Shown one piece after another: positions 1 through 8,500 of a stretch of 64,000 nucleotides of DNA. The notes beneath the pieces were generated by a model. It was not told the DNA's origin, ran no database searches, and worked only from the letters and a program-made list of their open reading frames with translations. The position numbers and the translations under genes are program-made. Source of the DNA: Dehalococcoidia bacterium (GTDB taxonomy: Bacteria; Chloroflexota; Dehalococcoidia; DSTF01; JACRBR01); contig JADMII010000004.1 in the NCBI GenBank assembly GCA_015478665.1, positions 80,586 through 144,585 of the forward strand, written 5' to 3'. Every line of letters starts with the position of its first letter. Position 1 is the stretch's first letter.

Positions 1-28
1 GCTCGAGGCGCTCCCTTCGCGCGTCGGG

Positions 29-607
29 CTAGAACTGGCTCCGCTCGCGATAGATGTCCTCGCGCAGTTCGCCGGGCTCACGGCCATCATCGCCGCCGGC
101 GTCGGCGACGGCGGCGAGTGCGTGCTCGATCCTGGCGTCGCCGGGCACACGCCACTCCTGGGCGCGCGCGACCTCGCTGCGTCCTTCGACGCGCATGCCC
201 TGCTTGTAAACCATCTGGCCGCCATACCAGCCGGACACCATCAGGGCCGCGTTGCCGAGGGCGGACAGCATGAGATCGCCGGCGTCGACCCGGCGCTTGC
301 CCCGGCGCCGCATGAGCCCCAAGCTGGCGAGGCCGATGATGCCGACGTTGAGCGTCAGGTGGACGTTGGCGATGCGCTTCGTCGGCGAGCCGTCGGGGAT
401 GGCGAAGTAGTCGCCGAGCCCCGTCATGGCGGCCGAGAGCGCGCCGACGTAGCCGCCGAGCATCGAGTAGTACGCCGCTTCGGCGTAGCTGCGGCGGCGC
501 GTCGCCAGATAGCAGACGTCCAGCGCGAGGCTCATCGGCAGCAGGCCGAGGGGCGCGCTGACCATCTGCGGGTGCACGGGATGGCCGGCGAAGGTCAGCC
601 GCGGCAT
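29..607 (-). CDS. DUF2231-like membrane protein
   Basis: GHPVHP-x-V-x-P-G N-terminus, G-x-D helix, H-x-x-x-N helix and GW-x-GG-x-MVY-x-G-x-x-V C-terminal motif; RBS AGGAGG upstream. Confidence 0.75.
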   Translation of the reverse strand: MPRLTFAGHPVHPQMVSAPLGLLPMSLALDVCYLATRRRSYAEAAYYSMLGGYVGALSAAMTGLGDYFAIPDGSPTKRIANVHLTLNVGIIGLASLGLMRRRGKRRVDAGDLMLSALGNAALMVSGWYGGQMVYKQGMRVEGRSEVARAQEWRVPGDARIEHALAAVADAGGDDGREPGELREDIYRERSQF

Positions 608-653
608 AGGTGGCCTCCTTGTCTCGCAGTCCGACGGCCGGCGCAGTGCGAGC

Positions 654-1475
654 TTAGACGTAGCTCGCGCGGCGCTCGGACATCTCCGGCTGCGCCTTCA
701 TGCGCTCTTCCTCGTGGTGCTGCGCCTCCTTGCGGCGGCTCATCACCTCGATGCGTACGAGGCCGATAAACGTGTAGACGGCGGCGACGGCGATCGCGCC
801 GTAGATCACCTTCGCGGTCTTCGAGTCTTCATCGAACAACTCGTCGACGATGTCGTAGTCGAAGAGGCCTTCGAGGCCCCAGTTGATACCACCGGCCGTC
901 AGGAGGCCGGCCGAGATCCATTCGAGCGGATCGAGGCGCGGCATCGAGCGCATCTGGGGAATCTGGTTCTTCCCCTGCTCGAACTGCTGCTGTCCCTGTT
1001 CGCGGAAGTCCGGGTCGCGCATGCGTTCCTCCATTCGGCGCGCTGCGGTCGTGCCCATCGCGCCATGCGATTCGACGTACTGCTTGAAGCGCCGGAGGTC
1101 GCCCTCCGTCCGCCGTTCGAGGAGTCCGAGGCGTTCGGCGCTTGACTTCGTCGCGCCCTGCGGCTCGTAATCCAGCGCGAAGTAGACCCGCGTCCGGTCG
1201 CGGCCGAGCGGCTCCAGGACGACCTCGGCGTCGTGGCGCTCGCCGGATTCACTCGTCCAGGCGAGGCGCCGGTTGGTCGTCGTATCGGTGATGCGCGCGT
1301 CCCACTCCTCGTGCGCGCCGCCGAAGTCGGCCACCCAGCGGGTGCGATAGGGGCTGAGCTTGCGAACCTGGCGGACGCCCTCCATGAAGCGAGGGTAGTC
1401 CTCGTACGCGGTCCACGTGCGGAAGACCTCGGCGACCGGCGCTTCGACTTCGACGGACTTTTCGACGTGCGCCAT
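654..1475 (-). CDS. SRPBCC (polyketide cyclase/dehydrase-like) domain fused to a C-terminal DUF378-like membrane domain
   Basis: VEKSVEVEAPV..W..YEDYPRFMEGV..W.A.I..DLRRFK SRPBCC pattern; C-terminal GGINWGL.GLF.YD.V..LF..IY..A.AAVY; start moved to ATG 1475 after GGAGG. Confidence 0.75.
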   Translation of the reverse strand: MAHVEKSVEVEAPVAEVFRTWTAYEDYPRFMEGVRQVRKLSPYRTRWVADFGGAHEEWDARITDTTTNRRLAWTSESGERHDAEVVLEPLGRDRTRVYFALDYEPQGATKSSAERLGLLERRTEGDLRRFKQYVESHGAMGTTAARRMEERMRDPDFREQGQQQFEQGKNQIPQMRSMPRLDPLEWISAGLLTAGGINWGLEGLFDYDIVDELFDEDSKTAKVIYGAIAVAAVYTFIGLVRIEVMSRRKEAQHHEEERMKAQPEMSERRASYV

Positions 1476-1577
1476 GTGCCGGCCTCCAGCCTGCGTCGCC
1501 TGCTGGCAGTCTATCCGCGGCTGGAGACGGTGACCCCCACCCAGATGGATGATGCGCCGCGCCGTTGCGCGCATCGC

Positions 1578-2558
1578 TCAGAAGGCGCCGGTGTAGACGG
1601 CGCACGTGCGGCAGATCTCGGGAGGCGCCGGCGACTCGAGCCTGGGGCGGAAGTCTTCGTACGCGGCGCCGTCCCACACCTCGCTGAGCGTGCGGCCGTC
1701 GATGCGACCGAAGTTCGCGCGATCCGGCGTGGCGACCATGCAGCAGGGCATGGCGAAGCCATCGTAGCTGACGTAGGCGCCGGTCCAGGGCCAGTCGCAG
1801 CGCCGGTGCGTCGCGCGGCCGGGCGGCTGCGGCAGGCGCAGGGCGATGCCGCACGCATCGGCGATCCGCCGCGCTGCGTCGAAGGCGTCCGCGATGCGCG
1901 CCGGGTCTTCGTGGAGCAGCGTCTGCGCTTCGACGAACTCGCGCATCGGCCGGTAGTGCGCCGGCAGCGACGACTCCGCGAAGTCATGGCAGAGGTGCTG
2001 GACGAAGAGCACATCGGCGCCGCACATGGCGGCGAGCCGCACGAGCGCCGGCAGCTCGCCGAGGTTCTGGCGCATCACCACCATGATGACGTGCAGACGC
2101 GGCGTCGCGCGCGCAAGCGCGGACTTCGCGTCCGTTGAGGAGGCCGATGTTGCGGACGACGCGGTCGAAGTGGCCGCGCACGCGGACCGCTCGTAGGTCG
2201 CGGCCGTCGCGCCGTCGATCGAGACGTGCAGCTCGTCGAGGCCGCTGGTGACGCAGGCGGCGGCGCGTCGCGGCTTGAGGAGGGTGAGGTTGGAGTTGGT
2301 GGTGACGCGGGCGCCGCGCCCCGCAGCGTAGGCCACCAGATCGAAGAAGCGCGGGTGCATCATCGGCTCGCCGAGCCCCTGCAGGTGCAGGTGTTCGAGG
2401 GCGCTGTTCTCGTCGATCAAGCGGGTGTAGGTTTCGAAGCGCATGAAGGCCGGTTCCCCGTACGGCGGGCCGTCGCGACGGAACTGGATGGGGCACATCT
2501 GGCAGCGGAGGTTGCACTGGCCGACGGGCTCGATCTGGAGGTAGGGGGGAAGCGGCAT
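1578..2558 (-). CDS. Radical SAM protein with C-terminal SPASM/twitch domain
   Basis: CNLRCQMC (CxxxCxxC), GLGEPMMHP, VSIDG, C-terminal CDWPW..G..MPCC..FG..W..CRTC; internal compensating frameshifts near 2130-2190. Confidence 0.85.
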   Translation of the reverse strand: MPLPPYLQIEPVGQCNLRCQMCPIQFRRDGPPYGEPAFMRFETYTRLIDENSALEHLHLQGLGEPMMHPRFFDLVAYAAGRGARVTTNSNLTLLKPRRAAACVTSGLDELHVSIDGATAATYERSACAATSTASSATSASSTDAKSALARATPRLHVIMVVMRQNLGELPALVRLAAMCGADVLFVQHLCHDFAESSLPAHYRPMREFVEAQTLLHEDPARIADAFDAARRIADACGIALRLPQPPGRATHRRCDWPWTGAYVSYDGFAMPCCMVATPDRANFGRIDGRTLSEVWDGAAYEDFRPRLESPAPPEICRTCAVYTGAF

Positions 2559-2634
2559 CGCTGCGACTGCTCCTGCGGCGTGCACCGGGATCGCATTCGG
2601 GCCGGCGCGCGACGTCCGCCTGCCCGGGCGCCGG

Positions 2635-3699
2635 CTACAGGAACAGCACGCGGTACTTCCAGGCGCCGCGCAGCCGCCACCAGATCGATAGCGGCGGGAT
2701 CAGCGCCGACGTGACGACCATCTCGGCGACATGCGACGGGCGCCGCGAGGTCGCGCGCAGGCGCTCGGCGGCGAACTCCAGCGTCAGGCACGCCCAGGCG
2801 GCGGCGCCGCCCGCCGCAGCGACGCGCCGGCCGCGCAGGAGCGCCACGGCCGCGCACGCCGCGGCGGCGACGGCGGCGTAGTAGCGCAGCGGCGGCCGCG
2901 CCTGCACGTGCTCGCGGTAGAGGCGCGGATGCTTCCGATAGAGCAGCGCATTGTCCGCGCTCTTGCGCTGCTCGCGCAGGCTGACTCCCCACGGCGTCGC
3001 CGGGCGCGCCGGGTGCAGGACGACGGCGCCCGGCGCGCGCTCGAAGCGGTGGCCGCGCTCGATCAGGGTGAAGTAGAGGTCGGAGTCCTCGCGCCAGGGC
3101 AGGCGGAAGCGCTCGTCGAAGCCGCCGGCCTCGACGAGCGCGCTGCGGCGATAGAAGCAGTTCGCCGTGACGAATCGCGAGCGCTCGAGGCCGGCGAGCG
3201 TGCGCTGCGCATCGGTCGGCGCCGGCGGCAGCGGCACGATGACGCGGCCATCGACGCCAGAGACGCCGGCGCCGAGCGCCTCCAGTCCGGCGCGCAACCA
3301 GCCGGGCAGCGGCAGGCAGTCGTCGTCGGTGAAGGCAACGACCGGCGCCCGCGCGGCGCGCCAGCCGGCGTTGCGGGCGGCGGCGGGGCCGTGCGCGCGC
3401 GTCATCGGGATGTATGTCAGCTGCGGCGCCAAGTCGGCCGAAGTCGCCCGCGGCGGCACCGCCTGCGGGCCGCCGCGGCCGTGCGCGGGCGCGCGGACGA
3501 GGCCGATCGGCGCCGGCGCTTCGACCGGTGCGGCCAGCCGGCGGACGAGCGCGCGCGTCTCTGCCGACGGCTCGTCATCGACGACGATCAGCTCGTACGC
3601 CCCGGCGCCGAGCTCTTGGGCGAGCACGGCGCGCAGGCAGCGCGCGAGCGCATCGGGGCGGCGGTACGTGGGGATGACGACGGAGACGCGCGGGTTCAT
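2635..3699 (-). CDS. Glycosyltransferase family 2
   Basis: VSVVIPTY, IVVDD, GPAAARNAG, FTDDDC, GGFDERF, REDSDL motifs; start overlaps the carbamoyltransferase stop (ATGA). Confidence 0.9.
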   Translation of the reverse strand: MNPRVSVVIPTYRRPDALARCLRAVLAQELGAGAYELIVVDDEPSAETRALVRRLAAPVEAPAPIGLVRAPAHGRGGPQAVPPRATSADLAPQLTYIPMTRAHGPAAARNAGWRAARAPVVAFTDDDCLPLPGWLRAGLEALGAGVSGVDGRVIVPLPPAPTDAQRTLAGLERSRFVTANCFYRRSALVEAGGFDERFRLPWREDSDLYFTLIERGHRFERAPGAVVLHPARPATPWGVSLREQRKSADNALLYRKHPRLYREHVQARPPLRYYAAVAAAACAAVALLRGRRVAAAGGAAAWACLTLEFAAERLRATSRRPSHVAEMVVTSALIPPLSIWWRLRGAWKYRVLFL

Positions 3700-5420
3700 G
3701 CGGCCGCCGGCTTTTCGAGCAGGAATGGGCCGATGGCGAGCGCATCGAGCGGCGAGGCGCAGTAGCAGGTGAGCGCCTGGCGCGGCGTGCAGACGATCGG
3801 CTCGCCGCGCGTGTTGAACGAGGTGTTGATGAGCACCGGGACGCCGGTCCGCCGCTCGAACGCCCGGAGCAGGCGGCCGAAGAGCGCCTGCTCGGCGGCG
3901 CGCACCGTCTGCACGCGCGCCGTGCCATCGACGTGCCGGACGGCGGGGATCTGCGCCGCTCGCTCGGCCCGCACGCGATGGGTGAAGAGCATGAAGGGCG
4001 ACGCGTGCGCCGGCGTGAACCAGTCCGCCGCGCGGTCTTCAAGCACGACGGGCGCGACGGGCCGGAAGTCCTCGCGGTCCTTGATCGCGTTCAATCGCTC
4101 CTGCATGGCGGCGTCGCGCGGCGACGCGAGGATCGAGCGGCCGCCGAGGGCGCGCGGACCGAACTCCATGCGGCCCTGGAACCAGCCGACGATCTTGCCT
4201 TCGTCGAGCAGGCGCGCGGTCTCGCAGGCGATGTCGGCCGGACGGCGGTAGGAGAGCTTCGACGAGCGGAGCAGCGTTTCGATCTCCGCGTCGGCGTAGG
4301 ACGGGCCGAGGAATGCGTGTGTCATCGGCGCCGGACGCGTCCCGCGGAGGCGCGCGTCGAGCGACAGCGCCGCGCCGAGCGCCGTGCCGGCGTCGCCCGC
4401 CGCCGGCTGCACCCAGATCTCGTCGAACGGGCCGTCGTCGCGGATGCGGGCGTTGAGCACGCAGTTGAGCGCGACGCCGCCGGCGATGCAGAGATGCCGC
4501 TCGCCGCTGGCCTCGTGGAGCCAGTGCACGATCTCGATCACCGTCTCTTCGAGCCGCGCCTGCAGCGAGCGCGCCACGTCGTAGTGGCGCTGCTCGATGG
4601 GGCCGCCGCGAGCCCGTCGCGGGCCGAAGCGGCGTTCGAGGCAGAGCGGCGCGATGGCGTACTGGCCGTCGCAGCCGACCCGGACCAGCGAGCGGAATTC
4701 GTCGAGATAGGTGGGTTCGCCGAAGGAGGCGAGCGCCATCACCTTGTACTCGTCGGAGGAATGCAGGAAGCCCAGGTACTCCGTCACCCGCTCGTAGAGG
4801 AGGCCGAGCGAGTGCGGCATCGTCACCTGGCCGATGCGGTCGATGTCGGCGCCGTGGCCGATGGCGTAGGTCGTCGCGCGCTCGCCGCGACCATCGAGCG
4901 TGAGCACGACGGCGCGCTCGAAGGGCGAGGCGAGGAAGGCGCTGGCGGCATGCGCGGTGTGATGCTCGACGAAGTGCCAGCGGTAGCTGTCGTCGTGGCC
5001 GGCGAAGCGCGCTCTGAGGTGATGCGGCACGCCGCCCGCGAGGTGGCGCGGCGCGTTGACGATCGACGAGAGGAAGAGCGGATCCCAGGCGGCCTCCCAC
5101 TCGTCGGCAACGGGCTGCGCGCTCGGCTCCAACGGCAGCGTGATGGTGTCCACGCCGGCATGGCAGCCGAGCAGGAGGTGCGGGTCGAAGGAATAGCCGA
5201 CGTGGTCGACGTCGCCAAGCACGGCGCCGGCTTCGGCGAGACAGGCGTCGATCGCCTGGAAGGGAAGTTCGTACGCCGAGAATGGCGTCGGCCGCTTGGC
5301 GTGCTTGATGCCTGTCAGCCGCTCCTCCTCGACGGCGGCGACGATGCGGCCGTCGTCCACCAGGCAGGCGGCGGAGTCGTGGAAGGCGGCGTTGATGCCG
5401 AGGGTGAGCAACTCCTTCAC
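3696..5420 (-). CDS. O-carbamoyltransferase (NodU/CmcH family)
   Basis: HDSAACL, EEER, EHHTAHAASAF, DGRGE, EYKVMALA, AGGVALNC, GRMEFGPRALGGRSI, HVDGTARVQTV, NTSFN. Confidence 0.95.
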   Translation of the reverse strand: MKELLTLGINAAFHDSAACLVDDGRIVAAVEEERLTGIKHAKRPTPFSAYELPFQAIDACLAEAGAVLGDVDHVGYSFDPHLLLGCHAGVDTITLPLEPSAQPVADEWEAAWDPLFLSSIVNAPRHLAGGVPHHLRARFAGHDDSYRWHFVEHHTAHAASAFLASPFERAVVLTLDGRGERATTYAIGHGADIDRIGQVTMPHSLGLLYERVTEYLGFLHSSDEYKVMALASFGEPTYLDEFRSLVRVGCDGQYAIAPLCLERRFGPRRARGGPIEQRHYDVARSLQARLEETVIEIVHWLHEASGERHLCIAGGVALNCVLNARIRDDGPFDEIWVQPAAGDAGTALGAALSLDARLRGTRPAPMTHAFLGPSYADAEIETLLRSSKLSYRRPADIACETARLLDEGKIVGWFQGRMEFGPRALGGRSILASPRDAAMQERLNAIKDREDFRPVAPVVLEDRAADWFTPAHASPFMLFTHRVRAERAAQIPAVRHVDGTARVQTVRAAEQALFGRLLRAFERRTGVPVLINTSFNTRGEPIVCTPRQALTCYCASPLDALAIGPFLLEKPAAA

Positions 5421-5572
5421 CTCCCCGCATACGTGCGCACGCGCACAGGCCTGTGCGGCGGCGCCGGGGCGAGCATACGCGAGGCCTGCTCAAGCAGCGC
5501 TCAAGACGCGACGGCTCTACGTCGCAACGCGCTTGCGATCGGAGGCGGACAGACGCGAATCGGCCTGTGCGG

Positions 5573-6769
5573 TTACGGGATCGCGAGCATGCGGTCGAGC
5601 GCGAGGCGGGCGTCGCGGGCGACGTCTTCGGGGACGCTGATCCGGTTGACGACGCGCCCTTCGACGAGCGATTCGAGCGTCCAGGCGAGGTAGGCCGGGT
5701 GGACGCGGTACATCGTCGAGCAGGGGCAGACGACGGGGTCGAGGCAGAAGACGCGCTTGTCCGGATGCTCCTTCGCGAGCCGGCTCACGAGGTTGATCTC
5801 GGTGCCGACAGCGATCGTGGCGCCCGCCGGCGCTTCGGCGACGGTGCGCGCGATGAACTCGGTCGAGCCGCTGAGGTCCGCCGCCTGCACGGTCTCGAGC
5901 CGGCACTCGGGGTGGACGACGACGATCGCGTCGGGGTAGCGCCGTCGCGCGTCGGCGACCTGCCCGGGCGTGAAGCGCTGGTGCACGGAGCAGTGGCCGG
6001 CCCAGAGCAGGATGCGGCTGCGCGCGAGCGCCTCGAGCGTCTGGCCGCCCATCGACCCGTAGGGGCGCGCCCAGCCCCAGAGCACCATCTCGTCGAGCGG
6101 CACGCCGAGGGCGGCGCCGGTGTTGCGGCCGAGGTGCTGGTCGGGGAAGAAGAACACGCGCTTCTTCCGGGTGAAGGCCCATGCGAGGACGCTGCGGGCG
6201 TTGCTGGACGTGCAGACGGCGCCGCCGTGGGCGCCGACGAAGGCCTTCAGCGCGGCGGCGGAGTTGATGTACGTGATGGGGACGATGTCGTCGGCGAGGC
6301 CGAGCTCATCGAGTTCGGTCCAGGCGTTGTAGACGTCGTCGGGATCGGCCATGTCGGACATCGAGCAGCCGGCGGCCATATTGGGAAGGATCACCTTCTG
6401 CTTCGGCGCGCTGAGGATGTCCGCGGCTTCGGCCATGAAGTGGACGCCGCAGAAGACGATGTACTCCGACTGCGGATGGTCGGCGGCCCAGCGGGCGAGC
6501 TTGAAGCTGTCGCCGCGCTCGTCGGCGAAGGCGATGACGTCCTCACGTTGGTAGTGGTGACCGAGGACGATGGCGCGCGTCCCCAGCGTCCGCCGGGCGG
6601 CGCCGATGCGGGCAGTGAGCTCGTCGGCGGAGAGCTGCCAGTAGGCGGCGGGGATATCCTGCTGCCAGTAGGCGAACGACCGCTCGTCGGCCAGCGGGAC
6701 GGTCGCGATCGTGTCGCTCTCGCAGGCGATGCCGGCGGCGCGGGTGGAGTCGATCGGTGTCGTGACCAT
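5573..6769 (-). CDS. nadA: Quinolinate synthase
   Basis: LGHHYQR, GDSFKL, FCGVHFMAE, AGCSMSDMA, YINS, CTSSNA, PDQHLGRN, HPEC, GSTEFI, CSTM. Confidence 0.95.
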   Translation of the reverse strand: MVTTPIDSTRAAGIACESDTIATVPLADERSFAYWQQDIPAAYWQLSADELTARIGAARRTLGTRAIVLGHHYQREDVIAFADERGDSFKLARWAADHPQSEYIVFCGVHFMAEAADILSAPKQKVILPNMAAGCSMSDMADPDDVYNAWTELDELGLADDIVPITYINSAAALKAFVGAHGGAVCTSSNARSVLAWAFTRKKRVFFFPDQHLGRNTGAALGVPLDEMVLWGWARPYGSMGGQTLEALARSRILLWAGHCSVHQRFTPGQVADARRRYPDAIVVVHPECRLETVQAADLSGSTEFIARTVAEAPAGATIAVGTEINLVSRLAKEHPDKRVFCLDPVVCPCSTMYRVHPAYLAWTLESLVEGRVVNRISVPEDVARDARLALDRMLAIP

Positions 6770-6800
6770 GCGGGGCGAGTCCTCCCGGCGGCGTGTTCCG

Positions 6801-6825
6801 AGTTCGTGTCATATCGACACTAACT
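6801..6825. promoter_or_regulatory. Palindromic operator upstream of nadA, NrtR-box-like
   Basis: AGTTCGTGTC-ATATC-GACACTAACT: 10-bp arms with 1 mismatch and a GTC-N5-GAC core, about 32 bp upstream of the nadA start. Confidence 0.7.
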
Positions 6826-6873
6826 CTGTCTTCACGCTACCACGGGCTCCCGGGCAGGTCAACCGGGCGTTCG

Positions 6874-7560
6874 TTAGAGGCGGTCGACGATGGTGGCACG
6901 CTTCACCGCGTACTCCTCATCGGTGATCAGGCCGCGCGACTTGAGGTCCTCGAGGCGGCGCAGGGCTTCGGCCGGCGAGTCGCCCGGAGGCATCGCCGCG
7001 GGAGTGGACCGCGCGGGCTCGGCAGTCGCCGGGAACGAGACGGGTGGCGCGAACGCCGGTGGCGGCGTGTAGCCGGCGGGAAGTTCGCCGACGGACCCCC
7101 GCAGCACGATGTGCTCCGAACCTTGCGCGCGCACGACGACCGTGGCGGCCATCTTGTCATGCAGCGTCTGCGCGTTTTGGTCCCAGAGCAGCCAGAGGTC
7201 ATCGAGGTAGAGGGGGATCAAGCCGCCGACGAAGGTGAGCAGCCCGCGGACGAACATCCAGCCGGTGCTCACCGCGCGGCCGTCGGCGCGGATCACGCGC
7301 AGGCCGACGACGGCCTTCCCGGGGTTCTGGCCGCGCGGCGCGACGATGAACCACCAGATGATCCAGCCGATGCCCAGCGTGAGCACGATGAGAATGGCAT
7401 TGACGATCGACGCGCCGAGGCGCGAGATGCGGCTGGCCATGACGGTCGTGCCCTGCGGGTCGAGGATGAAGACGCCATCGTACGGGCAGAAGAGGCCCGG
7501 CTGGAGAGGGCGGCCACAGGCGCGACAGACGTTCGTGGCGGCAGGAGCGAGAGTGGCCAT
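6874..7560 (-). CDS. RDD-family membrane protein with N-terminal Zn-ribbon-like Cys pairs and C-terminal SHOCT domain
   Basis: CRACG..FCP; MASRISRLGA..; GQNPGK..GLRVIR; Q.LHDKMA.TVVV; L.RL.DLK.RGLITDEEY..KR; RBS GGAGG. Confidence 0.85.
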   Translation of the reverse strand: MATLAPAATNVCRACGRPLQPGLFCPYDGVFILDPQGTTVMASRISRLGASIVNAILIVLTLGIGWIIWWFIVAPRGQNPGKAVVGLRVIRADGRAVSTGWMFVRGLLTFVGGLIPLYLDDLWLLWDQNAQTLHDKMAATVVVRAQGSEHIVLRGSVGELPAGYTPPPAFAPPVSFPATAEPARSTPAAMPPGDSPAEALRRLEDLKSRGLITDEEYAVKRATIVDRL

Positions 7561-7697
7561 TGTGACCTCCAAGCGTGGTAGGCCGATTGTAGTGCGGTTA
7601 TGCGCATGAATGCAACGGTCACGGTGAATCGATGCGCACCGGGCGCGGAAATCCGGTCACAATCCGACCAACGAACGCGGCTGCGACCGCGGGGGAC

Positions 7698-8468
7698 TTA
7701 GGCCAGGAAGCTGAAGAAGCGCTCGCGGCTGATGAGCCGCCGCAGGCCGAGCGCGATGCCGAGCCCGAGGAGTGCGACGAAGCCGCCGGCGGCGGCATCG
7801 AGGAAGTAGTGATTCGCCGTCATGACGATCCCGCTCAACATCACCAGCGGCATCAGCACCGCGACGAGTTTCAGCCCGCGCAGGCGGGTCTGCGTGCCAA
7901 TGGCGATGGCGGCCAGAAGGTCCCAGCCGAAGTGCAGGCTCGGCATCGCCGCGTACTGGTTGACGATCTTCGGGTTCTGGAACGCATAGTACGACTGCGC
8001 GTTGATGATCGTGTTGGTGAAGCCAAACTCCGGCATGTAGCGCGGCGGCGCCAGCGGCACGAAGGCGAACCCCAGCAGCGCGATCAGCCCGGAGATCAGA
8101 AACGCATTCCTGAAGATCGCGTAGTTCCCGCGATGTCGCGTGTACAGCCAGATCGCGACGGCGATGATCACCGGCAGATGACCCCAGATGTAGATGTAGT
8201 TGAAGAAGTCCACCATCCAGGCCTTCGGCAGGATCAGTTGCTGCAGGAAGGCCTCGTGGAAGATATGCAGGCGCTGCTCGACACGAATCAACTGGGAGGC
8301 GTTGTCGAATGCGACGCCCGCCTTGCCGTGGACGGCGCCGCGTACGAACTGGTATGAGGTGTACGCGGGCACCAGGAAGAGGAGCTCGGCGATGTGGCGC
8401 CAGTTCTTCTCGAAGAATGCTTGCAGCCGGTTCTGGCGGGCGGCGGCTACCGCGGCACGTGAGGACAT
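7698..8468 (-). CDS. PAP2-superfamily membrane protein (AUR1/IPC synthase-like)
   Basis: PLAPPR, NQYAAMPSLHFGW, TANHYFLD motifs; start uncertain (8468, 8489 or 8504). Confidence 0.85.
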   Translation of the reverse strand: MSSRAAVAAARQNRLQAFFEKNWRHIAELLFLVPAYTSYQFVRGAVHGKAGVAFDNASQLIRVEQRLHIFHEAFLQQLILPKAWMVDFFNYIYIWGHLPVIIAVAIWLYTRHRGNYAIFRNAFLISGLIALLGFAFVPLAPPRYMPEFGFTNTIINAQSYYAFQNPKIVNQYAAMPSLHFGWDLLAAIAIGTQTRLRGLKLVAVLMPLVMLSGIVMTANHYFLDAAAGGFVALLGLGIALGLRRLISRERFFSFLA

Positions 8469-8500
8469 GTCCCGCCCAGTATACTCCATCTGCCCTCGCG

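Noticed and set aside
1476..1577. RiPP precursor peptide for the radical SAM/SPASM enzyme
   Set aside because: No short ORF with RBS and precursor-like composition in the gaps around the gene, and no PqqD/RRE domain evident
3933..5693. Long antisense or alternate-frame ORFs (e.g. 3933-5693 +, 36226-37683 -, 47775-49883 +)
   Set aside because: Shadow ORFs expected in high-GC DNA: Arg/Ala/Gly-rich, no motifs, and overlapping well-supported genes
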